A stretch of 64,000 nt of DNA from Amoebidium appalachense (GCA_963693365.1 CAVNZM010000004.1:1361449-1425448); one strand, 5' to 3'. Positions 1 to 39,800 are shown, counted from the stretch's first letter. Notes: generated from the letters alone by a model not told the origin. Translations and numbers: made by a program.

Positions 1-808
1 TGCATGGCTGCTGGCTGTACACCCCAACAGTTAGGGACAGAAACTACCTCCCTTCCCCCCCCCCCCCCCCCCCCCCCCCCCGGGGCTTCCACCACTAGAA
101 AAAAAAAAGGAGGAGAGAAAAGGAAGGAAACGCTTTCACAGTTGGAAGAAATGTTGGCACCTTCATGCGGGGCAAACGTGTGTGCACACAAAAAAACAGC
201 GCATACACACCACAAACAGCCAATAGTCTATCCACATCCGAACAAACATCAGAACATATCACAAACCCACTCTTCTCAATATCCCAACCCTCCAGAACCA
301 GGCATACACTTTGAGACATATAAAATGTAGTAGATACACAGCGTGATAGACAGACACTGAGATAGATACATGCTGCCAAATATATGCAGTGCAATAGATG
401 TGATAGATATACGATGTGATAGATATACAGCGAGACATATTTAGAGTAATAAATACATGGTATGGCACAGGCAAAGTCATTTTGACCCCAAGTGCAATAC
501 AAAAAACATAACACGGCCCGAAAAGAACCAAACTTACTTTCGAAGCACACAGTCCGTATGGCGTTACACACAAGCCACAATTCCATTGAAACCAACTGCC
601 ACACAGCCAAACAACATTTAAGTCTGTTGCACTTCTCTACGTGGGGGCACATCCGTCCCTCCATTTCAAGCAATGGACTCGAAAGTAGCCCAACAGGTGA
701 AAGATCAGTGATGTTAATGGTGTGTGCATGTACACTTAAAGTGTGACAAAACACAGGGAAGGGAGGTAGGGAGAGGGGGAGGGGGGGGGGGGGGGGGGGG
801 GGTCTTAC

Positions 809-9394
<8,586 letters not shown>

Positions 9395-10810
9395 GGTGCT
9401 AGCCTAGCGGCTGGGTAGGCCTTGGACGAAAATAAAAGCAGCAAGCATGTCCCCAAGCTGAGATTCTACACCTGCAACCAGCAACAAACCGCATTAACTT
9501 CAACCTAAATCACTGTAGCTGGAGTAAGCTGCTTGCGGCTCATCATTATATACAGCCTACAGCGCGTAGCCTGTGGCTCGCATCAATCAAGTGTGAGCGC
9601 GGTTGATAAGCTGCATCATCGTGCGCTGCAAAAGTACTATTCAAGTTGCACGTTTATTTTGAACATACTCAGTTCCGGATCCCTGTTGGGAACATCAGTG
9701 ACTGAGCGACGGGACATCAGGTGGTACACAATGAGCCAGGGACGTGCTCTTCACGGAAGGTACACGTACACATAGTAATGATTACATAACATATATAAGA
9801 CGGCATACGCATGCAACTGCCTAATAATCCGGAGATCCATCTAAACACCCACTTTAATTCGAGTGTTACCAATATTCGGTCCGTCTGTAAAGCGTTACAT
9901 CGACCGGGAATAATGGCAATAAACATAGACCTTGAATGAATGACACCACAGGTCTGTTAAGAAAGTACTATGCAAGGCGCCGGCTTGTGTGTCGAATTTT
10001 TTGAGTCACTGGCGCATAAAATTCTTAACTTGCATTCAAGGACACGGGTGTCCAGATGCGGAGAAAAAAGGACACCTGGGGACGACAAAACCAGTGGAGA
10101 GGAGAGGGTGGAGGAGGGGAGGGTTGGGGGAGGTTCCAGCAGTACACAGTATGAACTGCAAATTCTACGCTTATAGCGTAATGCACACATGCAAACTTGT
10201 AGAAGTAGTGGAGGGAGGGAGGGCGGGGGGGGGGGGGGGGGGGAGGGAGGGGGGGAGGGGGGGAGGGGGGGGAGGGGGGGGACAGAGAAAGAGGGGAGAG
10301 GGAGAGAGGGAGAGAGAGAGGGAGAGAGAGAAAAAGTGTGTGTGTGTGGGTGGGTGGGTGGGTGGGTGGGTGTGTGTGTGTGTGCGTGTGTGTGTGCGTG
10401 TGCGTGTGTGTATGTGTGCGTTTGCGTGTGGGCCTGAGCTTGTTCATCACATGTGGAAATACTCAGGCTGGATCGCAAGAAACTAGCACCCACCAGGGCA
10501 GCAGGGGCATAAGTAGGACAGCGGCATACCCAGCACACTATAGCAGGATGATTGAGCGTACATAAACCTTTTTGACTTATATATTCGGCAGCCACCAGCT
10601 GTTTGGCGCCAACATGGCTTGCACACATACCTATATGCTCCAACACTTCCAAGTCCAAGCAGATCTAGAAAATATATGGATGAACATACACGTCAACTTT
10701 ATATTTTCCAAAAAAACCAAAGAAAAGCCTTACAGGTCCATTCATGATTTCAATGATAGAATATCTACGCGCGTCACCGGCCCATATACACAACATAGCG
10801 TCAAACATTC

Positions 10811-12248
10811 CTACCACTTCCTATGCCTTTTACACCGCTCCCATTCACACTCTCCGACTATCTCACAAGGCCTCTTGCAACCAGGATCGTTCAAACCATT
10901 AGCCGAAATTCGTAGCCGCACACGCAGGGGGCTGCGGGGACTTTTTTTTTCATCTCCGGACTTTTCTTCGACCACCAAGCAACTAGGTGTAGGCGACGGC
11001 GAAGCTGGTGGTGTCAAGCAGGTGGGGTAGTTTTTCTCTAGAAAGTAGAAGCACTCAGCGGCTGACCAGCGTCTTTCCGGGTCAAGACACAGCATGTTCT
11101 CGAGTAGCAACTGGGTTGCCGCAGGAAAACGACGCCACGGTGGTCGTATGATCCTGCTACCGTCACGGTAGGCCTTAAACGACGTGTCCGACACGTCTGC
11201 GCGTGCCCATGGGAACTGGTAAACGACACCCTTTACCGAGAGCAGTGTGAAGAGAAGAATACCAGCAGCCCATATGTCAGCAGCCTTCAAATCGATGTTG
11301 CCCCGTCCATACTGAAGCATTTCTGGACTCATGTACTCTTTCGTCCCCATCGTTGTTTCGTGCTTGGCATACGTCGTACAAGCAAAACCAAAGTCGGTGA
11401 TTTTAACCTCCCCGTTAGCATTCAACATGACATTCTCCACTTTGATGTCTCCGTGGACTATTTCGCGTGCATGGAGATAAGCAAGCGCCGACAACACAGC
11501 CCTTATGATGGCTATGGCCTTAAGCTCCGACATTTCCTGTTGGGGGAAAACAATAGCTGTCAGGATGGGCGCAAACATAAGGAATCAACTAGACTGAAAC
11601 AATTACAGAGGTTAAAGCCAGTTCACAGGCCCGTCAAATTAACACTTCACGTCCTTGGCAAGTGTCGAGGAAGTGTTGAGAGAATATGACCAAACACAAA
11701 AGGTTGACCGAACAGTACGTGTTTAACTAGCCTGCTGCTCTACGGATCAAGCAACGTTTATTCCCACGGGAACATGGAAGAGGGAAAGCGGGGAGAGAGA
11801 GGGTGAGGGGAGGGAAGGGGGAAGGGGGAGGGGGGAGGGGGGGCCGGGGGGAGGGGGGGCCAACCTTGCCAGCTGCGATGTGCTCATACAAATCCCCACC
11901 CGTCATTAACTCTTGAACGAGGTAGACATGCCTGTGACCCTTTATGAAGTCCAAGGCAGCAACGATGTTTGGGTGAGCACATTCTTGTTGTATCTCGAAC
12001 TCCTTCCGAAGTCTCAACTCGAGCTCTTCGGTGGCACGCACACGTTTTACAGCCACCAGACGTCCAGTGCACATGTCAACCGCCTCAAAAACGGTCGCCG
12101 ACCCGCCCGTATTGAGCTTGCGAACACGGTTGTATCTGTACTTGTCATTTATCACTTCCTCATCGTTCAAGCAGCCCTGTTGCTCTAAGAAGGCGTCTGC
12201 TGAACATGGGTGAAGAGGGAAGGGCAGCTGAACAGCTGCTGCTGCCAT
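10811..12248 (-). CDS. Ser/Thr protein kinase, SBK/NKF1-like, 2 exons
   Basis: Exon 1 12248-11865 (GGSATV, VAVK, HPNIV, ELMTGGDL); exon 2 11536-10811 (HGDIKVEN, DFG, GTKEYMSPE, DIWAAG, FPW...PPWRRF...LDPERR, resembling SBK1). GT-AG intron in phase 0. An alternative upstream ATG lies at 12311. Confidence 0.9.
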
Positions 12249-14040
12249 AGCACTCAAAAAAACAAGGGAGAGTTGAGAGATGAGCAGATGTTTGGTGGCT
12301 AAAGCAAACATATACAGGGAGATATCACTCTTTGAAGCAAAAACTTCGTAAACGAATGGTATAAGCAGAAATTCTGTCTACAGACGTCGTGCCTTTTTCT
12401 TTGTTTACAGCTCACAGTTTCTCGTTTGACAGGGAACATTTGAAAGCGAATCGAGATTTCTCTTGTGCTCGTTCCCGCAAGTGGTGATAAAAGTGTAAAT
12501 ATATCATAGCAGCATCAAATTATTGAGCACTCTAGCTTATCCAACAAGGTGACAGCAAACTTAGATGTGACACTGTACAGACACTGTGCCTTGAAACAGT
12601 CACACTACATAGCGACATCATAGCCAGAATTTTTTCCATGCTTAGACTTGCGTCAAGTATATATATATCTCTTCTTATGAGAACTTGAATGTATTTTGAT
12701 ATCCTTTTTGGAATGTATTTATGTCTTTCTAATTGGATTATTCTGACGTTTGTCATGTAGATATCTATTTTTGATTTTCATCTTGGATAGCAAAGGTGCT
12801 TGAGCACTGGCATCGCCCCCCAGCACATATGAGCCGTTAACGTTGCGTGAGGGCATCAGTTCACCGGGGCCTTTAGTGTCTAAATTGAAAAGCAAACTAT
12901 AAATTGATTTATCAAAGGTGTGAGAAAGAAAATTTATGTCTAAGCCACAGCGACGTCAGGAAAGAGATATGATCATCAAAAGCTGAGAGAGACAGCTAGT
13001 ATCTCCTTTCTACACAGAGAGACTTCACTCAACCAATCAAAACATACTAGGACTAAAGGGGTGGCAAAACAAATTTTAGTCCCGTTGTGTGCTCGCTTTC
13101 CTGCACGCCTTTTGCGCATCTCCTACCACTAAGATGGTCATAAGTTAAACTGAATAGTTTCTTTTGACCCCCAGGTCGAAACTTTCCATAAAGACACGGG
13201 CTACATTTGTTGTTCAACTAATATTATACCAAAGTAAGAGCGACTGAGCGAGTGTGTAGACTTCCCTGGAATGCCAACACCTGGTAGCCGAATGATTGGC
13301 TATCTCTTGAATAAAGCAGCTCCCTATACTTACATATTCCTGTTGAGCAGAATGTATATCTCAAACAAACCCCCAACAATTCAACCCTAGCAATAACTGC
13401 ATGTGCTGTACATGCTGGCTGAGTCCAGGCTGAATCTAATACGTTTTTGTTCATTTGTTATAAACAACAACACTCTTTCTGTAATTTATTATAATTATCT
13501 TCATTACAATGAAAATCTGCTGAATTTTTCAAAGTATTTAGATTCATTTACAGTTATAGTACATCTTGACGCCCAGTTGGATATACTCGGCTGTCAAATG
13601 TAATCTTGTCCCTTCCGGGCTCGGGAGAACCGCGAAGCGATGCAAAAAAAGCCGTAAGAGCTGCGTGGGCACTGGCCCAACCAGCAGCCACGCAGCAGCT
13701 GATTGCGCATGATCGCTGCCGGCGCTGCCGAGGCTCACGCAGCCGAGTTCCCTGCAAGGCCTCCTACTCTGAGTAGTGGAGGCCTTGGTTCCCTGTTGCC
13801 CTTCCTGCGGATATCCTGTATGCAAGTATCCGGAAAATTCCCTGCTGGGGGCGATGGGGCTTGAGCAACGACGATGATGCACGGCGAGGTTTAGAGCAAA
13901 CTTCAACGTGCCCCAACGAAAAAATAGGCATGTGTGCCCACGTGGACTCACATCCGCAATAGTAGAGCACACTGTACACTGTGCCAAAATAAATTAAAGT
14001 TCTGAAATGGCACGCTATAGGCATGGACGGCTAATTTGCG

Positions 14041-14095
<55 letters not shown>

Positions 14096-14735
14096 TTCCC
14101 CTCCCAAAGCGCACAAATCTAATTAGTGACTGTGCAAACACCACATTCTAATATTATTATTATAATTAATGCTTCCCACGTAGGTGCTTTCAACTGCACA
14201 TGCACCGCTTCCAGTTAGGCCGGGCTGTCCGCATGTTATTAAAGGTACAGGTGGTGAAGTAGCTTGCATGCGTGCGCATGCACCAGCTGCCTTGGGACAC
14301 ACACTTGTGCACCCATGTATTGCCTTCATCGTGCATGAGCATTTAGCAAACTGAACGCATGCGTACAAATGTTCGGCGGGACAGTTGTGCCGGCAGTCTG
14401 GCAGAGCCCTCGCCGGCGCAGATGGCCGGCCATGGCTAGACTGGGCGGCCCCGTATGCATTACTTATAGGCTTATTATTTGCAATAAACTTTTCCTACTG
14501 GATTACTATAGAATCACAGTGTTTGATTGGATATATATCAGCCTATGTTATAGTTCCAAAAAAGGTTGGATAATCATGCCAATCATCAATGCACTCGAAA
14601 ACTTGCCCCCGTCACCTGTTGGTTTACACGGTCTATATTTTTGTGTGTTTGTAGTCTGTCCTAAGAATCTCGCTTAGCCTGTTTTATCTCTCGGCAAGCT
14701 ACACGCACTCAAACCACACTCACCTCTCTAACAAC

Positions 14736-14967
14736 ATGGCACCGTCGAAGGAAACATTAGACGTGGTGGTGGTGGGGTCCTGCAACATAGACCTGTTTGC
14801 CTATGTGCCCCGCCAGCCCCGCCTCTCTGAAACATTACACGGGCACCGGTTCTTTCAGACATATGGGGGCAAGGGTGCAAACCAGTGTGTCATAGCTGCT
14901 AAGCTTGGCGCAAGGACGGCTATGATGGGCAAGGTCGGGAAGGATACACATGGTGACCAGTACAGGC

Positions 14968-15050
<83 letters not shown>

Positions 15051-15949
15051 TATGTTCGTGTGGGTGGGTGGGTGGGTGGTTGGAGGGGGAGAGGGGCAGG
15101 GGGAGGGCTGCACGTGCGGAGGGGAAGGAGGGGGGGAGGTTGGGTTGGGGAAGGGGGGAGGGGGGGGGGGAGTGATAGGTTGTGGGAAGTAAACTTGTTT
15201 GTGCCAGCATTCTTGTGGCTCAGGGGTATGCACGGTCTGTACACGGGTACCTGAGGCGCATTAGTACGTGTGCTTGTACGACTTCAATTCTCTTTCATGG
15301 CCGTCTGTGTATATACGTGGGCTATTCGTCTGTTGTGCAGCAGTGATGGATAGAGCGATAGAGGTGGCCGTCCCGGAGTTGTACTGCTGCTTCGCTCTTT
15401 TTACTTTCACGTCTGCTCAGAATCACACTGGTGCCCCCCTTCCTCCCCCCCCCCCCCCCCCAAACCCTCCCACTCCTGGGACAAAAAGTACACATCCGCA
15501 TACACACAGCTATTCCCTCAATCAACCTGCTACTTCTGACTGGTTCCTTTTTTGTTACTGCCTTTTGCTATGCATCTTGCACCTTCTTAAGATCCCTATG
15601 CCCTCGTCTCACGACACTGCAAAAGACCGTTTTCTAACCCTTCAGGTAATTCTTGAGCTCTATTCTAATTTTCGGTTGGTCTTGGCTTCCTAATACTTCT
15701 GTGGTTGGTGGCACATTCTGCTTGCTCATGTCTGTCCAATGCCGCCCGTTCTTTTGCTATACTTGTATGTTTCCCACCAGCCCCTTTCCCAATGTCTCAA
15801 CCTCGGCCGCCGGCTTAGCACGTCGTTCCCATCACCATCATGCCTATGCACTCTCTTGCAACCAGCTTCCCCCCGTTTGACTCTTTCCACTACCTCCCCG
15901 GCAACTCTCCACGGGCAAGGAGGGGGATGGAGGGGGTGGGGGGAGGAAA

Positions 15950-15981
<32 letters not shown>

Positions 15982-16678
15982 GGGAGGGAGGGATTCGTCC
16001 CCTGCATCTCTTCCCACCCTGCCTCTTATTTTTTCCGCCTTTCTTTTTTTTATGGTACGGCACCAACTCACCCTTTAGAGCTGCCGTTCTCATTCGCGCA
16101 CGCCCTCTTTCCTTCCGTTCCTCCATTATCGGCCTTTCCTATTTTTATGCTTTACTTCATGTTGCCAAGTTGTTGCACACGAAAGGAACCTTTCTCTGAA
16201 CTTTCCATCCCTCTCACCACCCACTTCATTCCACCCATACACACACGGAGACACATGCATCTATCCCCTCGGTCCCCTCCCTTTCTCCCACCCTTCTTTC
16301 CGCCTTTTCAGTATAAGTTGTCTTTTTACAGGTAGTCTCCTACATTTTTTCCTAGTTCCTCCATCTTCCCTTAGAAAGAGAGGGACAGAGGCATATACAG
16401 GAATTTAACCCAACCTCACACCAACTGCTTTCTCTTTAATCTTGCTGCTATCGGTTTCTCTTCCAGTTTATCATTGCATTCTCCCCCCCCCAACCCCCCC
16501 CCCAACCCCCCCCCCCACCCCCACGCCCACCCGTCTCTCCCCTTCCCCCGGGGGCATCCTTTCTCCCCTCCTCTTCCCCTCCAGACCCACACACCCACAC
16601 ATCCACATGCTCACATGATCCCCTCCCCACCCGTCCCCTCCGCACTATGATTTCCATCAGCACCGAACTCTACATCCC

Positions 16679-16709
<31 letters not shown>

Positions 16710-17748
16710 AAAAAACCAGAAAAAACTTCCTCGCTCCCTCAGAGTCTCTCCTTTACCTTCTCCCTCCCCCCTCCCCCCTCCCCCCCCCCCCCCCCACCCC
16801 ACCCACCCACCCAAAACCCATCCCGTGCGTTCATCACTGGCAAATCACCCAGCCCATTCCTCAACCCCTTGGTCCCCCCCCTCCCCCCCCCCCCCCCCTC
16901 CCTTCCCACAGCCTCTTTCACCCACCCACCCATCCACACATCCATCCGCCCAACCACCAAACTGTGTCCCCTCTTCTCTCATAACTCTCCACCCACCGAT
17001 CCCCACTCACTCTTCCTCATTTTCTCCACAGAGAACGCCTCTCGGGGCTCGGAGTAAACACCGCCTACCTCCTTCAGACCTCAGAGGATGCTACGGGTGT
17101 AGCCTTAATCACTGTGGATGATAATGGAGACAACCAGATAGTTATATGTGCTGGCGCGAACCTTAAATACACACCAGCGGATGTTTCTAGCGCACGTGAC
17201 GTCATATCACGTGCACGTGCGCTCGTGTGCCAGTTGGAAATCCCACCCGAGTCGACGCTCGCAGCACTGAAACTCGCACACAGTATGGGTGTGACGACAT
17301 TCTTTAACCCCCTCCCCGGTGAGCGGCCCGCTTAAAGACGAGTTTTTCGCGTGCACGAGTGTTTTGGTTGTGAATGAAGGGGAGGCTGGGGTGATGGCTG
17401 GAATGCGTGTGGATGGGACGGAAGATGCTGCAAAAGCCGCAGAAATTCTGATTGGGAAGGGGGTTAAACATGCGGTGGTGACTCTTGGAGGGGATGGGGT
17501 TGTATATTGGGGAGAGGGGATGGATGTGCACGTGCACATTCCAACTGTTAAGGTGGAAAAAGTTGTCGATACGGCGGGGGGCAGGCGATGCGTTCCTGGG
17601 ATCTCTGGCATTTTTCTATGGAATGCAGATTGGAATGGTTGAGGCGATCAAGCGAGCCAATCAGGTTGCAGCGATAACGGTGCAGAGGTGCGGTACCCAA
17701 TCATCGTACCCGGATAAGGCAGAGCTACCTGCGGATCTGTTTCAGTGA
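14736..17748 (+). CDS. RBKS: Ribokinase (PfkB family), 2 exons
   Basis: Exon 1 14736-14965 (VVVGSCNIDL, GGKGANQ, GKVGKD); exon 2 17032-17748 (ATGVALITVDDNGDNQIVICAGAN, CQLEIP, VNEGEA, VTLGGDG, VDTxGAGDAF, GTQSSYP). Two +1 indels in C/G homopolymers (~17310, ~17578) are probably assembly errors. The intron appears to be GC-AG. Confidence 0.92.
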
Positions 17749-18739
17749 AGGGGTTGGTCAATATGGCAGGTAGATGCTATTGGCTACCAGCCTACAGAAA
17801 GGATGAGTTTAGAACTATTGTCCAAACCCAGTAGTCCCCCCGCTGGCGGGAGGGGGAGAAGGGGGGGGGGGGGGGGGGGGGAGAGGGGGGGGGGGGGGGG
17901 GGGGGCAAACTATTTTGTGACCATAACCGTTGGGCTTGCCTGAGGGTGTTGTGGTGATTTACAGTTATGCTGCCTTTTGTTTTTGCCTTTTGTTAAATTT
18001 ACTGGCAGGTGGCTCTCGGGGGGACCACAAATACCGTTTTCAAGTATCAAGTATCAAACAAATTTAAGGGGGGGGGGGGGAAATCTATTTTGCATGGCTG
18101 TAATCTTTCCCTCATCTACGACTCTAAGTTTTGACCCCTCACCCAATGAGTTCTCGAATGTTCAACATTTGCCCTGCATCCGGCCAGGCCCTAACTAATT
18201 TCTATATTGCTTACAACCCTAAAAAGGAATCTAAGCAGGCATGCACTGACTTAATATATAAACACAACGTTTGGTCGTATCAGTTTGCAAATATGTGCTC
18301 CCACCATCATGATGTCAAGTTTAGTAACGTCAACTAACACTTAGGCTCGTGACTCCATTAAGTTTTAGTTTGTCTTAAAGCAAGTACGGACTGGCTAACC
18401 CAGGAGCTCATCTGGTACAATAGCAATGTATGTGCTTATGTACTCATAAACACTTGCTACTTGACTTCTAAAGCAATGATTCACCCTGTAGTGGCACGCA
18501 TGCATTTGCCAAATGAACCAATGAAATGTGATTTGCATTTACATGGCTTGAATCGAATCGGACCCGACAGTTCGTTTTTGGAATTTTGATTGCTGTACAT
18601 AGCATGATTCTTTTACACACATGTGAATACACATGCATGTACACACATGCACAGATACGCATGCACACACACACGCGCGCGCGCGCGCACGCGCACAAAC
18701 ACACACACAAAAACACACACACACGCGCGCACATACGCA

Positions 18740-18794
<55 letters not shown>

Positions 18795-19996
18795 ACACAT
18801 GCACACGTGTCAACCGCACGATTTAAACACGTGCGGCATACACACACACACAGCAGCAGCACACACAAACACACATGCCCACAACCCGAACACGCATGCC
18901 CATAAGTGACACATGCACACCGGTGTGCACTTGCCCAATACATGTTCACACACTCACACGTGTACACATGCATGTGCAACCCGGGCCCCCGGATAAAACA
19001 ACTAAAAAAATAGGAACTTCGGATAGATTCATCCCTCTGGTCACAAAAATACACGGACCGGGAGAATATCATATGTATGTGCACGCCGTCACAGTGGCAA
19101 GACGTGTATATACGTATGTGCATGGCAAAATCACTGACACAGCTCATGTGATCAATGGCATATACAAGCTACACGCTGCACGGGTTGTTTTGGGGCAGCC
19201 ACACACACACACCACCACAAAAGGACATGCACACAGGTCCCCCCCCCCCCTTCTCTCTCTCTCAAGGGGTCACCAGTAGGAGTTTGTTGCTCACTCGCTC
19301 CACACACTTTTGTTGCTTTTGACCATCATAAATGGATATACATTTTTGCACAACCCAGTGATTAATGTTGTGTTTAGTAAGGGGTCATAAAAGATCAATT
19401 TCGCGAAGAACAATTGCTTAAGAAAGACAAGCGGGCTATGTTTCTGCGCAATGCATATATATCTTTGTGTGCCATGTTTGAAAGAGTGTTCAATGCATGA
19501 TCTTATCTTGCTGGTGCCTGCCGACTTATGAATAATCACAGAAAATCCCTGCAGCCATTTAAGCTGCTTGTATTAATAAGCAGCAGTGCTCCTATCTACT
19601 ATAGATGCATAGCCAACACAAGAGTACCGTAAAAGCATCAAATGGTTCTAGGCCTGGCAGTATGGATCTGCATATCACAGGATGAAATGTGCAGTCACAC
19701 CCGCCCACAAAGACATACAGGCACACCTTGACAAACATGCAACCCCACGGATTTCACCGCCAAAACAAGCGTATACACACAACCCCCCCCCCCCCCCTCC
19801 CCCCCCAACAACAACAAACACACAACACCCACCCGCCCAACCACATGAAAAAATGGATAATTAACACCGTAAATTTCACCACACGGGTGAACCAGACATG
19901 ACACTATCTACAATAGCCTTCACCTACATCGCTAGCTACACTTTCCCTATCCTTTTCCACCAAAATACCCCAAAAACAAGAAAGTTAACCCGGTAT

Positions 19997-36041
<16,045 letters not shown>

Positions 36042-36049
36042 GTTGCTGG

Positions 36050-36109
<60 letters not shown>

Positions 36110-36282
36110 AGAGAGGGGGGGAGGGGGTAGAGGGGGGGAGTAAGCCTAGGTGTGGGTGTGGGAGTGGGTATAGGTGTAGGTATGGGCGGGTAGTGTGGGT
36201 GTGGGTGTGTGTGTGTGTGTGTGTGTGTGTGTCTGTGTGTGTGTGCACCCGCGAACGTGTGTGTGCGTGCGTGTGTGTCTGT

Positions 36283-36334
<52 letters not shown>

Positions 36335-36782
36335 TGCGTGTGTGTGTGTGGGCGTGGGCGTGGATGTGGGTGAGGTTGTAGGTGTGAGTGGGTGGGTAGG
36401 AGGGTGAGTGAGTGAGTGTGTGTGTGTGTGTGTGTGCGCGCGCGCGCGCGTAAATGCCTGTGTTGGGGGAGGTTTGCCTGCATTTAAAAGGGGCGACGGA
36501 CCTGTGTGTGTGCGTGTGTGCGTGCGTGCGTGTGTGCGCGCGCGTGCGCGTGCGTGCATGCGTGCGTGCGTGCGTGCGGGCGGGCGTGCATGTGTGTATG
36601 TGTGTGTGAGTGGGTGTGTGTGTGTGTGTGTGTGTGTGTATGTTTGTGTGGCGAGTGTGTATTTGTGTGCGTGCATGTGTGTTTGCAAGTGAGCACAATT
36701 TCTGTGTGTGCGTTCGTGTGTGCAGCGTGCTTCTTTTTTTTTTTTTTTTTTTTTTTTTAAGGGGGCGGGGGGGGGGGGGGGG

Positions 36783-36819
<37 letters not shown>

Positions 36820-39800
36820 GGGGGAGGCGCGGGGAGGCGCGGGTAGATGAGGAGGGAGAGGGGTGAAATGTCAGCAAGAAGGAACAGGGGAAATAGCGCA
36901 GGATAGGTTGAAGGGAGAAAGTGAGAGGGGGAACGGTAATACAGGTCTGAAGTCTGGAAAAGAAATTTAGTCAGACGAGTGGAGGATCTAGTTTGGCTGG
37001 AAACCATAGGGAATGACGACACTGCCGGAACCAAGAAGCCAGATTCAAGGGACTTCAGGGACTCAAACTAAGTGTTAAGTCAAGAAAACGAGAGGGTATA
37101 GCACCTTCAGAGAAAAATTGCGGAGGGATCCTTGCACGACCTCTTTCCACCTATGTACTATCGCAGCCGTGTCAAAGCTTTTTTAGTGTTCACTCCAGTT
37201 GGCGAGCCCCAGTCTGACCGGACGGCAACAGGTGTACAACGGCTACAACAATGAAATACTTTTATCGAATCAAAATGCAGAAACACGCACCGATACACGC
37301 TAGACCAATTCATAGGCTTGTATCTTCTACTTTCACCAATCCAACCTTCTCTCTGTTTTGTAGTATCACCTGAGCCGCGTTGCCGTCGGGCCAGTTTGCT
37401 AAAAATAGACGGGGGTGTATAGTATCCCCCTAACGAGATTGGAATGTGGTCAGGATCTATTATGAGCTCGAGGGTCACTGAGTCAAAAGTCATTGAAAGC
37501 ATTCTAAAGGGGGTTTACACACTTTTTATTGCGTGGACACTGCCGGAGGCCCAGCCACATTCGACGGCCTACTGCGTTTTCCAGCACAGCCAATCAAATG
37601 CGGCCAGTTGGTCCCCCCCCCCCATACCTGAGACTGGTTCTCTTTGCCTCGAGTAAACAGCGTAAACCCCATTCTGCTATCTCATACTAATTGACACATA
37701 TGAAATGCATACACCAATCAAATGCGACCAAATATTCCGCTGCATCACGAAGCGACATCCGCCAACTTTTGCGCAACGCAAAGTCTTCAACGGCCTGCGA
37801 AGCCGTTGTAAAAGGACCTTTATTTTTTTTATTTTTTTTTGGCCCCTTGAAACACAGTGGTCTTGCGCATTCACACTTCGAGGTTATCTTTTAAAACAAA
37901 CAATAGAAACAAGGGAGCAGGTGATGCTATTCAAAAATGGAGAACGCGACCGGCCGATCAGCCCAGGAGCATGAGGCTAACGCTGTTTGTGCAAGGCGGC
38001 TTCAGAGAAAACACACCCACAAACACGCACACAAACACATTCACCCTCTAACCAGGCCATTTCTCGGAGTTCTGCCTGGCACGTACTGACGGTGCCTGGG
38101 CTGCTATGAACTTACCGTTCGCCTTACACTCTCGCGACTGCGTGCATGCTTTCTCTCGCGGCGGCTCTACGGTCCCGAGAGTCCAGTGTTCGCTGTGTGT
38201 GGAAGGAAAAATACGAGTCACCTCAGTAGGTGACAGGAGTTCTGCCCAAAGCCTATTGGGTTGCCAAGGGCATATGTACAAGTGTGATGCTTGAAAGATG
38301 GGTGATATTTATTCGTTAGCACTCAAACAGTTGGGGCCCTTCGCGTCCACACATCCACTTAAAAGCTCGACGTCGGTACCCTCTCACACATACACACGAA
38401 TATGCACGCGCATATAGTGTGACGTCAACACATACACAGCACACACACAGACACACGTTCAGCTGTGTACGTGTGTTTGTGTTTGTGTGTGTATGTGTGT
38501 GTTTGTTTGTGTGGGTGGGTGGGTGGGTGGGTGTGGGTGTGGGTGTGTCTGAGTTCGTGTGTGTGTTTGTGTGCAGATGTGTGCATGCGCATGTGCGCAC
38601 AAATGTCCGTGTGTGCGCACGTGACGGGCACGCTTTTGCACGTTTGTGCAAGTGTCCGTGTACCACAGGTGTGTACGTACCTGTGAATGCGTGGACGCAT
38701 GTGGTTATTAAGTTAATGAATCATTCCAACCGCAGTGCATGCATGTATAAATATGTTCATACAATCACATCAAGGAATGCACAAGTACTGATTTGAACCA
38801 CGAAAAGGACAGCTTCATGTAGCTACTGTTTTCTTTGTACGCCATAATGCCGTCTGTGTCCAAGAACCGAAATTCACAAGCATGACCATGAAGTAAGAGT
38901 AAACGGTAACGTTTGCTAATATGTGTGGAAAATACGATGGTGGGTGAGTGTGGTTGTTTGTGTGTGTGGAAGTTGGGAGAGAGGGGGTGGTGTATAGAAA
39001 GAGTAACAGCCTACGGTAAGAAGTACACATTCACGACGGACAATTGCAACTCATCACACATAAAGAGTATGCCTCGTATATATGGGGGGGGGGGGGGGGG
39101 GGGTTGGGAAAGGCCTAGGAGGGGGGGGGGGGGTCATCATGGCCATGGTTGCCCATCCGCTCAGGGCCTGCTGTCTCAGTGGGCTGTGTAATTATGTAGT
39201 GACTGGTGCACATGCAAGTGTGTAAGAAGCACCGTGGGAGGCGGTGGGGAGGTGCACTGTGGCACTTTACCACAGTAAGCCAACCGTTTTTTGCTTTTCC
39301 AGTTAGACTGTGTACACGTGCACGTGCAGGTCTGTAGGGTTATTTTCTGTGTGCGGGCGCGCGTGTGTGTCACGAGGGTGTGTGTGTGTGTGTGTGTGTA
39401 CGTGGGTGGTTGAGTGTAGGTACACATGACATAATGGTGCACGTGAGTGGTAATCGTGGTGTGTGCCCGGTGTGTTCGCGCACGCACGTGCATGCACTGC
39501 ATCACGGGGCATATGTACACACATGGCAGAATCACTGCCACGACGGAGGAGGAATAGCTCAAATTTCTTTGTATATAGGGGTTTTTGTGTCAATAGACAC
39601 AGAGCCGGGGACTGGACTTTATATAAAGTAGCTTCAATAGACCAGATTTTTGTCGTGTGTGTGCCTGTGTATTCTTTAATCTTTTTTTTTTTTTTTTTGT
39701 GGTTGGTGGTGGTGGTGGTGGTGGTGGGGGGGGGGGGGGGGGGGGGGGGGGGATCGGGAGATAAAAGGGAAACACATACACACAACACACACAAGGGGGG

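Noticed and set aside
9957-10658. 233-aa minus-strand ORF downstream of the kinase
   Set aside because: No recognisable domain, and the frame is held open partly by microsatellites; may be kinase 3' UTR
13600-13990. GC-rich coding-like segment
   Set aside because: No recognisable homology or splice structure in any frame
17300-17585. Programmed frameshifting or pseudogenisation of ribokinase (also the Harbinger shift near 44600)
   Set aside because: The shifts lie in or beside homopolymer runs and catalytic motifs are intact; sequencing or assembly indels are the simplest explanation
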